Part shown: in pieces, positions 22,189 through 35,831 of the stretch
Position numbering within the stretch: the stretch's first letter is position 1
How the letters are laid out: every line of letters starts with the position of its first letter
Origin: a virus
Taxonomy: Duplodnaviria; Caudoviricetes
DNA: 64,000 nt
Strand: one strand, 5' to 3'
Virus record (IMG/VR): IMGVR_UViG_3300035497_000258
Span: 1-64,000 of that record
Made by a program: the position numbers and the translations under genes
Notes under the pieces: model-generated
The model's input: only the letters and a program-made list of their open reading frames with translations
Database searches by the model: none
Told to the model about the DNA's origin: nothing

Positions 22189-22638
22189 TCCCATATCGAC
22201 AATAGTCATAGTAATAGATGCTGTAGGAGTGCTAGAAGCAGTAAACGTAATTCCAGTACCTTTAGTCGCTGATGCAGTACTAATTAAATAAAACTAATCG
22301 CTACTAGAGTAGATAATGGGCGGAACATTACCGTCAGTCCCGCACCGCAAACTAGTATTACTATAAGTATATTTATTACTACTCCAACTACTAGATGCAA
22401 TAGTAAGGGTATACACTTTAGCACTTGCTGCATCAAGACCATTGTGAATTGTAGTAGCAGTATAACTATAAGAAGAATCTTTTATAGTATCGGCATTAGC
22501 GGCATTAAGAGCGACTCTTGTACTATCATCCACGTCGATATACATTTTACCATCATCAGTAGTAAAATATGCGTATCCTTCTTTTTTCGTAGTAGGCAGG
22601 TTAGCCGCCTTACCCTTACCAATCTTAAATAAAGCCAT
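22186..22638 (-). CDS. small tail-fibre-associated protein (1 TAG)
   Basis: LPTTKKEGYAYFTTDDGKMYID fibre-type motif; Ser/Thr-rich. Confidence 0.65.
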
Positions 22639-22669
22639 TTATATTTCTCCTCTCTAAAAAGAAAATTTA

Positions 22670-25297
22670 TTAGAAATCAAACCATTTAAGCTAATTCTCA
22701 AGCGCTTCAACCCTATCCTCTAAGTCATTTACGTACCTAGCACTATAAGTTACAATATCTTTGTTACTAGCATCATCTGCTACTGTTTCTGTCTTAATTA
22801 AAGTATCTATATATTTAGAACTATAAGTAACTTCATCACTATTATTAGCTTCTGATTTATTAGTTTTAATTAAATTATCTATATGCTTAACACTATAAAC
22901 ATATCTTTGTTTTTGCTCATCATCTTTACTAGCATCCCAATTATCTTGAATAAGATTATTTATATAATAAGCCGAATATGCTTTTTCTTTTGTACCATTT
23001 GGGTCATAATCATCAATTAATAAATTACCAACACCACCAGTTAATCGAGATACTTTCCAGACTCCATTAACAATATAACCCCAATAATAAGTTCTATCAT
23101 CATCTTCATCATCATCTATTAAAGTGATATTACACACTTCATCAGCAGCAGGCTTAGTGAAATTAGCACTATTATTATTTAAATATTCCTCTAATACTAC
23201 GTCTGTACTAATTTCTTCAGATACACCTATCTAACTATTTTTAAGTTCATAACTCACACTAGCGGTTTTTAAAGAATCACCGACTGGCCCCTTTAAACTG
23301 CCTTCAATTCTAGTCCAGGCCCCTTCTTCTCTAAGAAATATAGAACCAGTATCTGAATTTAAATAGCAATCACCATTCTATGCTCCATCAACTATAATAC
23401 TAGCATATACTGTATCAGTAAGCGCAGTACCAGAGAAAATTCTACTACCAGCCGGAATAGTTAAATTTAACTAGACTGTATTAGCATCTAATATCTCAGT
23501 GTTAGCACTACCAGTTTCTGCCGCACCTGTTTTAGCATAATTGATACTAAAATTCGGAGCTTTAGGAATACCAAAAGTTAGTTTCCATCCCGTTTGTTCT
23601 GTAGTATTCTCATAAGTAGAAGTAATAGTAGGATTAGTAGCACTACCATTCTTACCTGTATAAGGGCTTAAAGTAGTTTTAGCGACGGAAGGAACAGGAG
23701 CAGATAATCTAGCCTGATAAACGAAAGTAGAAGTATTAGCACTTTTATCTATTGCTGTTAATTTATAAATAAATCCAGTGCCTTCATTAACATAGTAATC
23801 TCCAACTTTCATTTCACTAGAGAACGTGGTAACTGTATAAGCACCAGCACTTTTCTTACCTAACTGGCTACCGTAGAAATAATGTGCGGCCGCAGGTAGA
23901 TGGAAGGTGTATTTAGGCTTGTTTATGTTACTTTCATCCAGTGTCACAGAAGGATCTGCTGTAGACTCTAATATTTCAACATCAGGATTCTATAAAACTT
24001 GCGACTGCGGTAAAGAGAAAGACAAGACAGGATTATTTACTTTAGCTTCTCCTGACGAATCATCGCCTTCTTTATCCAAAGTAAAACTAGGTGTTTGATT
24101 AGCATCAAGAATTGTAGTTTCACCTTGATTAATATTTTGATTCTTAGGAGCTGTAATAGTGACATTAATCTTATTATTATAAGTACCAGATTTTGAGGTA
24201 GAAACTTCATGGCTATTAGCTTTCCAATTTCCACTTGAGTCTTTAGTAGCTACATCTTTATCTTTAACTGTTACTGTTCCAAGTTCCGCAGGAGCCGGTA
24301 GGGAAAATTCCCAATTAGGCTTATTATAATAATCATCAGACTTAGAATCTTGACTGTTCTTAACACTAACAGATTCACCCATATTAACAGTCTTAGTACT
24401 GACTGTAGCCTTTACAGGCTAAGGTAAATGGAACGTTAAAACAGGATTGTTTATTTTCTTTTCGCCATTGGCATCTGTTCCTTCTTTATCCAAATCGAAA
24501 AAAGGATCTTTATCTGCTCTTAAAATCTCAGTCGTACCTTGGTTAATATTCTAGTTTTTAGGAGCAGTAATAGTAACATTTATTAAATTCTTGTAATCAC
24601 CAGACCGAGTATATGTAGCATCATGACTATTAGCCTTCCAACTTCCACTTGAATCTTTAGTGGCTACATCTATAGTATTTACTTTAACAGAATTTAAAGT
24701 ATCTTTAGCCGGAAAATGAAATTGAATCTAAGGATTGTCTAAATCGTCAAAATTATAAGTAATACTAACGGGAGCATTATACATTTCAGTCTAAGTCGCT
24801 AACATATTCCATAAGGGGGTATAGCCAGTTAAAGAGGCTACTAATACATAACCTAAACCATAATTACTTTTATTAGAATTGACACCTAAAAAAATAGTAT
24901 CGATACCAGAAACAGAATCTGCCCATGTTTCAGCGTCTGATTGTTCTATATAAACCTTCTACCACAATGAGCCATTATATGTTTTATTATCACAGACTGC
25001 CATGTCAATATTTCTATATCTATCATAAGCCTCATCCCGCACATTAGGTAGACCATAAGAAATAAATACGAAATCTCCGACATTAACAGATGAACTCCAC
25101 CGTTTTTCTAAATCGTTCTATAAACTTAGTCCTCTATATTTTGAAACTAAATTAGTATTACTAAGTTTTTTATCAGAATCCTCTAATGTTATTGTTTTTT
25201 TAAGAGTAGAGGCATCACTAATATACGCATAAGTTCTAAAAATTTGTTTAAGTTCAAAATTTTTCCCCTGCTATCCGCCATAGAAAGAATTACTCAT
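22670..25297 (-). CDS. tail fibre-like protein with internal repeats (875 aa, TAG read-through)
   Basis: MSNSFYGG start; three track ORFs fuse in frame; ends TAA. Confidence 0.75.
24005..24725 (-). repeat. two-copy intragenic repeat, period ~414 nt
   Basis: DVATKDSSG.WKANSH...VTITAPKNQNINQG...NNPVL.F.LPQ occurs twice. Confidence 0.85.
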
Positions 25298-25311
25298 TTA
25301 TTCATGCCTCC

Positions 25312-25956
25312 TTAATATATAAAATCTATAATAACATTCTATAAGTCACTATAGTTATCTTCGGAATCTGGATTATCAGGATTAGGTAACTAATAAACGC
25401 CATTTATTCCGATATTGAAATTAGCTAAAGCTGGGTTATAATCTTCTTCATAAGTAGCTTGAATAACAGCATATTCTTGCCAATACTCCTAGCTAGTTTT
25501 TATATTATTATATTTTTTATTTAAAGCTGTTATAGAATTAGATCTAGTTGTTTCAGCATCCTACATACCACCAATTCCAATATTTATATATTCATCAGTT
25601 TTAGCTGTATTTATTACATAAATATATGTTTTTTCAAATTTTAAACTTGAAATTGTAATATCTTCATCTAACTCATATACGCCTGTACGACCAATCATAA
25701 TGGTTTTTGTACCATCAATAGTAATCTTTGTACCCGGAGGAGCTTGTATACCTAGCTTAGAAAACTATGTAGCTCCATAACCTGCAACTATATCACTATA
25801 GATATTAAATTTTCCAGTTTTATATGCTGCGTTTTCTGCTCCAGTTGATGTCCAAGAACTAATAGTCTAAGACTTATTAGTAGCAGATGTAGAAATGTAA
25901 CCGCCAGAAGCATGCCAATCTTCAAGATTGTACACAATCTGTCCTACAGTTGACAT
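25312..25956 (-). CDS. tail-associated protein (TAG read-through)
   Basis: 214 aa, RBS AAGGAGG; KLGIQAPPGT, IMIGRTGVYELD. Confidence 0.7.
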
Positions 25957-25967
25957 TATATCCCTCC

Positions 25968-27881
25968 TTATACTCTAGTGAGCATTTCAGTCGCAGTAAT
26001 TGACATCGTGCCCGAATAAGCAAGAGGCAAAGAAAACTACGATATAACATAATTCCCTGCTACTCCACTTGCTTTATCTTCTATATAAATCACGTTGTTA
26101 GGCTCTAAATAATATTTCGGCAGACAAGTCATTTGAATAGTAGTATTATAAGTTAAATTCTAATATAACATATCTCTAATTTTGTCAAATGCACTTGTCC
26201 CCGTGGAACTATTATTAAACATATTTTTCCACTCACCAGATAGTAAAAAATATTTTTGCCCATAAGCCGCATAACTCTTGATTAATTCTTCGTCAAACTC
26301 TTCAAGAAAAATAATATCTGGAACAGTGCTGTAAAATACCGCAGTAACATCAGAATCAGTTTCTACCTTAGCTCTACGTCCTATAGCTTTAACTGAATAT
26401 TTACTTGCCTCTGCTCCATCATCTATAAAATCTAACCAATAATTTAATTTCTTAGGGTCATCCTTTACATCAGGACACCAGTGATTAGTATCATTCCACT
26501 CTTCTTTAGTAGTATCATATAAGTCTCTCCATCCAGATTTTAATTCTTCATCATAATAACTATATCTACCATTGGAAATTGCGGCGACCAGAACTTGACG
26601 GTACATCTCTTCTCGCCATTCTGCACAAGGAATTCCGACTAATTTCACCACTTCTCCTTCTTTGGGAGTATATTCGATCCCTTCCTCGGTAAACTCATAT
26701 CTAATTACCTAAGTTGTATCATCAGGATTCAATAAAGCATACATATTCTTGTTAGCTAAATTGATTGGAGGTTTACTATCTATAGCTAAATGATACCTAA
26801 TATCTACTTCAGCACCTTCAGTTGTAGTGCGTGTCCCCCACACAACAAAATCATTTTTAATCTAATCATATTTAGGATTTTTAGTTATAGAAGCAACAGT
26901 ACTAAAATCCGTAATTGAATATTTATATTTAGTATTAGAATAATTTCTAGTATAATCGGCGGCCGTGAGGTCTGTTACACTATCATTCGAGTTAAGATAG
27001 TTCTTTATCTCTTGAAAAATAAATCTACCATCTATATCATAAAAATATTCATAATTTCCTAGTGTAGAGGCTATTTTCTTTAGTAAAGATTCCACTGTAT
27101 CTCCAGCATTAAGTATTAACTCACCTGGATAAGTAAAGGGAGTAGCCTTATATCCTGCATCATCACCGTAAGATTTCATTATATAACCACCAGACCAAGA
27201 ACTAGCCTCTTCAAGAGACTTGGTAAAAGTAGTATAATTAGAATCAAAATAAATTGGCGTATCGCCTATATATTTAATTATCATTCTAGCTGTATCGTCT
27301 ATATCACTAATAAAAATATTGCTAACTGGCTCTTCGCCAAAATGATTCACAGCTTCTTGAATAATTTCAAACACGGTAGGATATTCTACAGTTCTATTTT
27401 CATCTGTATCTACTATATATTTCTCGTGAAAAGTTGTATTAGCAGGTAAAACACCGCCAACAGTTCCATCCAATAGACACATCTTATCTTTACCGTTAAT
27501 AGTTATTGTCCAACCACTTGTCGTGCGGGAAATCTGTGCATCGGATAAAACAAACAAACCACAAGGAAACCATACAATCTCGCCATATTTTTCTATATAG
27601 TTAGGAAAAGGATTCTTATAACCTACCTCTACCCGCACTTTCTTATTAATCGAGATTTCATTGTTTATATCCTCTATGCCACTATTCTACTGATTAGCTA
27701 ACATAGTCAATGAAATGGTCCGTCGTACACTAGAATTACCATTAACGCTTAAATTGCCACTTGATATGATGCCCTAAATTTCTTTAATAGGTTTTTCATC
27801 GTAAGAAAGAAGTATTAATCTAGCAAATTGTGTACGAATGTGCATTTCATCTAATTTTTTTAAAAAAATTTCATCATACAT
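25968..27881 (-). CDS. tail hub/baseplate-like protein (637 aa, TAG read-through)
   Basis: GNLSVNGNSSVRRT, GKDKMCLLDG, YEYFYDIDGRFIFQ; track ORFs fuse. Confidence 0.7.
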
Positions 27882-27884
27882 AAT

Positions 27885-30674
27885 TTAATCTCCAGTATTC
27901 CTAACCGTCATCTAATTAGTAAGTGTACGATAATTAATAATTGCATAAGTAGGTTTCTTAAAAGCTAAATAAGATATTAAGTCATCTGCTGGATTTAATC
28001 TATATTTATAGCTAGGTCCTATCACTATTTCTTTAATTTCATCTGAATTCGGTCTTTTAATTTCAAGTATTGTATCTATTTCAGACTCAATTTCTATAGA
28101 AATTATATCATTAAATACGTAATATAATTTACCATTATCCCACTGGTCAGTTTCTTCATTATAATTTGTAAATTTTGTATTATATTTAGATTCAACCTAT
28201 TTTTTAGTTTCTTCCTTTATAATATCTAAAATATTTATTTTATTAAATACATCAAAATTAGTAGGTACATCTTTCATTAAATTTTCTATCCTATAGTCGT
28301 AATTAGCATAATTATAATTATACTTTTTTAAAACTATATCAGTATCAGTAAACATACCAGCAATCTAGCCCCAAAATTTAGTAGAAACGATAGAAGTAAC
28401 TACCCCGCTACTTTCATCTGCTGATACTCCAACACGACATACATAATTAACAACTACAGGGCCTGTAAACTTTAAATAAATGCTTGTAATTTCTTCATCT
28501 AAATTTTCAAGATTATATACCTTATTACGCCCAAGAGACACTTCTTTATCATTTATAAATAAAGTAACTATTGGGTAAGTAGGCTCATTTTCAACCGCAG
28601 TAACTAGTTTTTGATAATATTTAAGCTAAGTTTCAAGGTCTGAATAATCTTCTCCATTTTTTTTAGCCTCACTAATTGCTGCTTGAAAACCTATAATTTT
28701 ATATTTATAATCTAGCTTAGGATATTGTTCTACCCAAATACATTTTAGTTTTCTAAAATCATATCTATACCCGCCGCCAATAGAATACTCATTATCTGCC
28801 CTAATTAAAGATACTAAATTATCTGGATTAGTATTTTGTTTTTTAGAATCTTTACTATCTTTTTTACCAGTATATAATCCTTCGATCTAGCCTGCTAATA
28901 AGAATTCTGTATCATCATCTTCAAAATCGCGATAAGCGCCAATATTTATTAGGCCATATTCATTAAGATTTTCTAAATTAAATTCTAATACTTCATAAGC
29001 AGTAGCTGAAAACTCATATAACATTCTTCCCAATGAAGCGTTAGGCTTTAAAGAAATATTTATTAAAGTTACTATAATATTTCCTTCAGAAGCAGAACGA
29101 TATAGCTTATATCCACCATCATTTAAAAATTCCTCTACTTTATCTCTGAATCTTTTTTCAATAAAAAAATTATTATCAGTTAAATTAGAATTATATGTAT
29201 TTATTTCTCCATCCAAATATTTAGTATAAGGAATAATTAAATCGTCATTATAATAATAGCCTTCTTTTTCATTAAAAGTAAAGAAAGTATTATCTTTATC
29301 CATATGGAGAGAAATTAACCCAGATATTGGAAATTCTGCATAATAAGCATTGCCATTCCGCAAGATAGTAGCATATTTAGAACCTAAAGTATCTTGCTTA
29401 CTAGCTAAAACAGTATGTTTAAAAGAACTAATTTGAAAATTATAATCTAATTTTAACTACACTCCATCTGCATATAAATAATTACTCTAAAAATCAACAG
29501 AATGATAGGTAGTAGGATACTAATATAAAGGAGACGTGCGGAAACCCTCATCGTTCTCCAACTAAAAAGCATATTGATATTTAATACCACTCTCTATAGT
29601 ATAATCTGTAAATATAAGAGTCTCATCAAAAGTATTATCTAAAAATAAAAAATACTTAATATCATCCCACACCGTATAGTTACTAGCTTCAGAAGTTCTA
29701 GTTAAAACATAATTTCCAGATAAAGCAAAAGTACTAGTTAATGAAATCTAAATACAAGCATTTTCTTTACAGAAATGAGAAGTACTGTTAATTAATAATT
29801 CAACATTATTTAACCTAGTTAAATAATTCTTAGTAACCATAAAATCATAGGTTCTAGCTAAACTTCCTTTATATCCATTTATAGTCTAAATAGAATAATT
29901 AACAGAATATTCTTCAAAATTAGTAAGAGTAGTCTTAAACCTATGTGTATCAAAGCTCTAAACTTTATCAGTAATTTCTATATTATATTCGCTCAAAAAA
30001 GTAGTATCATATAATAAAGTAGTTCCACTATCATGCTATAGCCAACCCGAAGTTTCAAGCAACGTTCCATTCTAGTATAAATCAAATTTGTATTTATCTA
30101 CATATTCATCATTGCCTTTGGGAATTGAATAGCTACCATAAAATATGGGTGTAGTAGTAAGTTCAGCATTATAAGTATTATCTTCCTTAGTGGAATTAGC
30201 TACACTACCCAAGTTTTTCATTTCAATAACAGGCTAATCTATAGCTTTAATTATCATTACTGTAGACCACTCTGAAAAACTATTATTTACTATAGATTCA
30301 TTTTTCCAATTAGCGAAATTTTCAAGTGAGCCATCCCAAAGGTCATTTTCGCCAAAACGAAGCTAAATTTTATAAAGTACTCCTTGTTTCCAAGTTTCCG
30401 CTAAATCCTCAGATTCAATATTTACATAATAATTCAAATCTGTAGCATCTTTTGCAACAATTTTTGTTCTACCTTTATAGATAATCCCATCTGGATATTT
30501 ATTAGTATCTACAATACTTTTATTATTTGTCTATTCAACTACTCTTATTTGAATATGATTAATCTCATTAATAGTAGTTAAAGATGGCAAACTAAAATAT
30601 ACTTTATAAGGATCTGTGCTATATATAAAAGCTTCCTAAGAACTATTTAATATTGGGGGATAAATAGTTGCCAT
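27885..30674 (-). CDS. tail protein (929 aa, TAG read-through)
   Basis: MATIYPP start; in frame with 28887-29363; ends TAA. Confidence 0.7.
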
Positions 30675-30763
30675 TATTTTCTCTCCTTTATCTCCATTTA
30701 CTATTTATAAAAAAAGCCTAATAAAGACTATCTTGTTCTGCCCAAAAAGAAAAGCGATGGAGA

Positions 30764-31132
30764 TTATTCTCCATCGCTCAAAATAGGATATAAAGCTTCA
30801 ATTATACTATATTCTAGGTTTATATCCTCTAAATCTGAAAGCAGAAGAGGAGATAATGAAACTTCATTAGGAATTTCACTTAGCTCATTTAGTTCGTTCT
30901 GCGCGGCCGGCCGCTTATCGGCGGAAATAATCAAGCTTCCATCATTAGTCTCTTCTGCGTACTTTCTAAAAGCATTATCCCTAGTTTCAATAATACTTTC
31001 ATACAAAGGCAAAAGTATTTTAGCGTTTTTAGCTAACTTATACCCAGCTTTAACGGAGAACTATATCTCGCTCTCCCGCACTTTAGTTATAGCTTCATAA
31101 ATATTACATATTTCATAATTTTTTAATGTCAT
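30764..31132 (-). CDS. hypothetical tail-module protein (1 TAG)
   Basis: ATG after AAGGAG..AAGG; extends track ORF 30764-31012. Confidence 0.65.
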
Positions 31133-31151
31133 CCTTTTTCTCCTTTTGCTT

Positions 31152-34100
31152 TTAAGCGAAATAAGCTTTATCGGCCGTAATACCTTTTTGGCTTGTAGCG
31201 CTGCTAAAATCTACGGCTCCTGTCGGACTTAAAGCGGACTTTACAGTACCTCCAGATAGATCTTCAGTTAAATTGATGCCACTCTTTGCTGTTAAAGTAC
31301 TTGCTACTGTTAAGGTGGAAGATGCAGTAATAGCACCAGTAACTGATAATGTAGATGAAGCGGTAACTGCGCCAGTAACAGATAACTCAGAAGAAAGTGT
31401 GGCTTTTTTGCCTACCTTTAAATATCCTGATATATCAACTGTTTCATTATTATTACTTCCGCCTAGCTTAACTGTAAGAGTACCAGATGATCCTGTGCCC
31501 TAACCTTGAGTTAAAACTATGGCATCAGAAGTTGCAGTTGAAGTAACATTAAATATGCCTGTAATAGAAGTATTACCTGTTAAATTTATACTACTAGAAG
31601 TTATCTAAGCGGTATCAGCTTTATGTGTACTATCACCCAAACGTATATCTGAACTATATAAAAATATATTTTTATTTAAAGCACCATCGGAGCCACTAAT
31701 TCTGACAGCTCTACCTGTACCAGTTTCTAATATCATGCCATGAGCGCCCGCTGATTTAATTCCTAAATTACCTGTACTTTCTACTCCGTCAGAACCTTCT
31801 ATCTAGCCAATCCGACCGACTTCATTGGTATAACTTGATTTAAATTTAACATAGCCTTCATAAGAAGCTATTTCTATTCTATCACCATTTAAGTAAGATT
31901 TAGTAATTGAATTACCATCTGCATCAAGAATACTTGAATCTGTAACTTTGGTAATAGTAAATCCAGCTATAGAACCATATTCATTAGCAACGAGCTTATT
32001 ACAAGTAATGCTACCACCAGTTAATCCATTACTATTAATTGAAAAATCACCTATTGTACCATTAGATTTTGCAATTAATTCATAACAAGTAATAGTACCA
32101 CTAGAATCTAATATCGTACTACCACCAGATAGGGTGGTTTGGCCTATACTCCATCCGCCAATCGTTCCTGACTTATTAGCGGTTAGAGATTCTGCTTCTA
32201 CGGTACCCTTAACATCAACATTCTAAGCATATAATTTACCAGTATAATCTACATAAAATATTTCTTCGCCCGTTGTATCATTGCCATCTTCATCCTAATA
32301 TGTATCGCCTTTAATACTAATAGCTTTAGTCGTATTTTTTATATCTTTAGCACGCAAAGTCATAACCATGCTGTTAGATTGACCCTTTGTTACTCCACCA
32401 TAAATAACTGCACTATTACCATCAATATTTATTCTACCAGCATCGCTAGAGCCAAAAAACGCAGTTCCATCCTCCATTAAAGCGAAAGTTGTAACACCGC
32501 TGCTATATCCATATAAACCTACTTTTTTCTGCCCGGTATCTTCTCCCATTATAACACCAGTAAACTTGTTGTCTGTACCTTTAGTACCAGCGCCAATCTA
32601 AGGAGCAAGAATATAATTATTCGCATTATCTCCATCAGTACTAATAGAGATAGAAGTACCATCCCACCCATTAATAGCTTCATTGCCATAAGTATCAAGG
32701 TACATAAATACCGTATGAATTACATAATCTGTAGTAGCATCTACATTGGCTGGTGATTTCAACTAGCATTTAAGAGTGCCTACTGTCGAATCTTCATAAT
32801 AAAATTTAGAGGAAGGCTTAATATAATATTCATATCCAATTACTTTCTTATTTTCATCTAACACTTCACTCTTTTTTACTGTAATTAAAGAATCGTTAAA
32901 TGATTTTATATTTCCTGTAATATCTGTACTAGTAACAGTCCCATCTGCATTAGTAACATTTAAATAAGCTAAAATACTACTACTGTAATATGAAGGATTA
33001 GCACCCGAAGAACTATATTTAACATAACTAGGTATCGAAGAAATATCAATCTACTTAGCACTATAATTATCACTTACTAATACATCAATAGGATAATAGC
33101 AATAAACATCTGTAGTTTTAGAAAGACTTATATTACTATTTGTTTCTGCTTCTTTCTCTTTAACAGAAACAGTTAATTTAACATAATAAGCTGAATTAGT
33201 CTCTGAATTAGTAAGTTTTAATCCGGCGACAGTAAGTTTCTTTTCGAATATATAATTTCCTTCTTCATCTTTCTTAGCGTTAGGATACCACAGATTATCA
33301 GTGCTTTCCCAGTTATAAGAAATATCATAATCAGTATTAGAATCTAAGTTAATTCTTTCTCCATCTTTATAAACATAGGCCATTAAATCTAAATTACTCT
33401 AAAATTTATTATTCTTATAGTGTAATGGCTTATAATCACTTAACTTTTTACCATCACCATCGCAAGGCCGCACCATAGCTACATAAGTAGTACCATTAGT
33501 TCCCTAATCACCATCTTTAACAAAAAGAATTTCTTTCTAAAAAGTATATTCCTTTTCATCTAAAGTAATAATTTTTAAAGTAATAGTATTATTTACATAA
33601 TTAACTCTATACTTCTATCTAATAGTATAATGCAAAATATTAGAACTGTCAATTCGCATATCCGTCATCATAGAATTAGAAGGCGTATAAGCTTCATCGC
33701 CTGCAACTAACTATTTACCATCAGGTCCATACCACTATGCTTTATAAGAAGTACCGTACCCATCTTTCCAAGCTAAGAAAATCTATAAAGTTCGTTCCTT
33801 TTCCGGATCTTCTGCCGTTGTTATACCTTTATCACTCGTAGTATAAATCTCACAAACATCACCATTAGAATCATAGCGATACGTATCAGTACCAGTATAA
33901 GTAATAGTTAAATCTTCTTGAGTTTCACTATTATATATCGTATGATAAAGACAACCAATAATCTCGGTTCCATCATAGCTATAAACTGAGCAAAAGAAAT
34001 CTAAATAGCTATAAGTTAAATAGTCTTTAATAACAATAGAATTAACAGAAGAACCAACTACCGTAGTTTCGCCATCTTCATTAGTCTACTTATGTCTACC

Positions 34101-35780
34101 TTCAACTAGAGTGTAACTTCCATCTGGTTTCCGCATATACCAGTCACCGACTAAGGTTTCATCATTTTTATTATTAGCAATAGAAAGCTAAATGTCATCC
34201 TACAACGTAGTTTGTTCTATGTCACAATCATACTCACTTAGATAATTTTCAACAGTTAAACTAGCCTCTGCGGTAATAGTACTATTATAAACTACTATTA
34301 ACTTATAATCTTGCTTATAAGGTACCTTAGACTTAGATAATTTAAGGGTGTTAAAATCAACAGTATCATCGTCTACTAATATCCAGCCTACACCTGCATC
34401 TTTATCATAATGCTCATCGCCTATTAGAACCGATAAATCTCTTTTATACCAATAACATTTACAGCTATCTTCTGTAATTAAAGACTAACCGGAATATAAT
34501 AATTTTCCTTCAAAATTTAATTCCGATACTTTATCTGTGAATATAGTTCCTTTGGGAGCAGAAATTTTTAAATAATATAAAGAATCCTCGGCTGATTGGA
34601 CATCAACATACTAGATTTTAATATCAGTAACTCTAATATTAGGTACAGAAGTCTAGTCTTGTTCGACTAAATCTACGGATAAGACATTATCATTATCATC
34701 TTTATTAACGACACTGGTCTTAGTCCTATCGTATTCAAAATTCTCCTAAAAGAACTTAATTGACTTTAAACCTAATAAGAAATTCTTCTATATCTGAACA
34801 ACAGCAGACTAGGTGGAAAAGTTATTATAGCTATAGGGGTCGCCTATAAAAGAGCTAAAATCTAAACGATAAGTTACTGTAGGTGTTTTACTATCCTCTT
34901 TAATCTACTCAAGAATTTCTTTATATTCTTCTGAATCTTTATCTTCAATCTGCGCGAGCTCGAGGTATTCTTCCTCTAGTTTCTCAAGAAAAGTTCTTTC
35001 ATCAGCTACTAGATCCGCATATTTTTTCTTCTCGGCGTAACTCATTAATACACTGCTTGCATTATTATAAGTCTCTATATCTGAATCACCTTTAGTAAAA
35101 AATACTAACTCTAATCCATAATTACCTTTAGTATGTGTATTCTAAAAAGCTGTCTAAAAAGAACCAGAAATCTACATATATTCATAATTATTAGCATATT
35201 GCTAAAATAAATTATGAAACCAATCAGTAGAATAGTTATCAGAACCTTCATAGATATATTTCTCTATTTTATCTAAAGGATAAGCTGCTATTACCTCTGC
35301 TTTCTTTTTATCTTTATCATCAGAAGAAAGAGAATCATCAGCATCAATTTGCGCGAGCGCTTGGTCTCTAGCGGCCTCAGACCTATCGCTTCCCGCAATT
35401 AATTCGTAAGTATCATCTGCTTTATAACTATAATAAGCATCCATATTAGGCCCTACTTCAATTATCGTGTTAGATAAAGAAGCTGTTTCTTGTTCTGATA
35501 AAGATTTACTAGTTACGGTGTTTTCTATTGTTTTCTTATTAGAAAAATCTCCGCCTGGGACTTTGACAAAAACTTTAGTTCCTACTTTATACTAATAACT
35601 TAAATCATTGGCATAAGCAGAAAATATATTACCATTATATTTAACTTTATACTCGCCAGTATCAAGATCAACTACTTTAGTAATCTCAGCCTGAATAGTT
35701 TTATCATATTCAAGATTTTTAATTGCATTTTGAAAAAATACATTCATGCCATCTAAAAAAGACTCATTAATACTACTCAT
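31152..35780 (-). CDS. large tail/spike protein (1542 aa, TAG read-through)
   Basis: four track ORFs in one frame; APQIGAG, GLYGYSSG, GTIGGW repeats. Confidence 0.75.
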
Positions 35781-35798
35781 GCTATCTCCTTTCTCTCA

Positions 35799-35829
35799 TA
35801 AGGGGAGAGGAATAGCCTCTCCCCTTTTA
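35799..35829 (-). terminator. stem-loop after tape measure gene
   Basis: AAGGGGAGAGG-AATAG-CCTCTCCCCTT. Confidence 0.6.
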
Positions 35830-35831
35830 GT

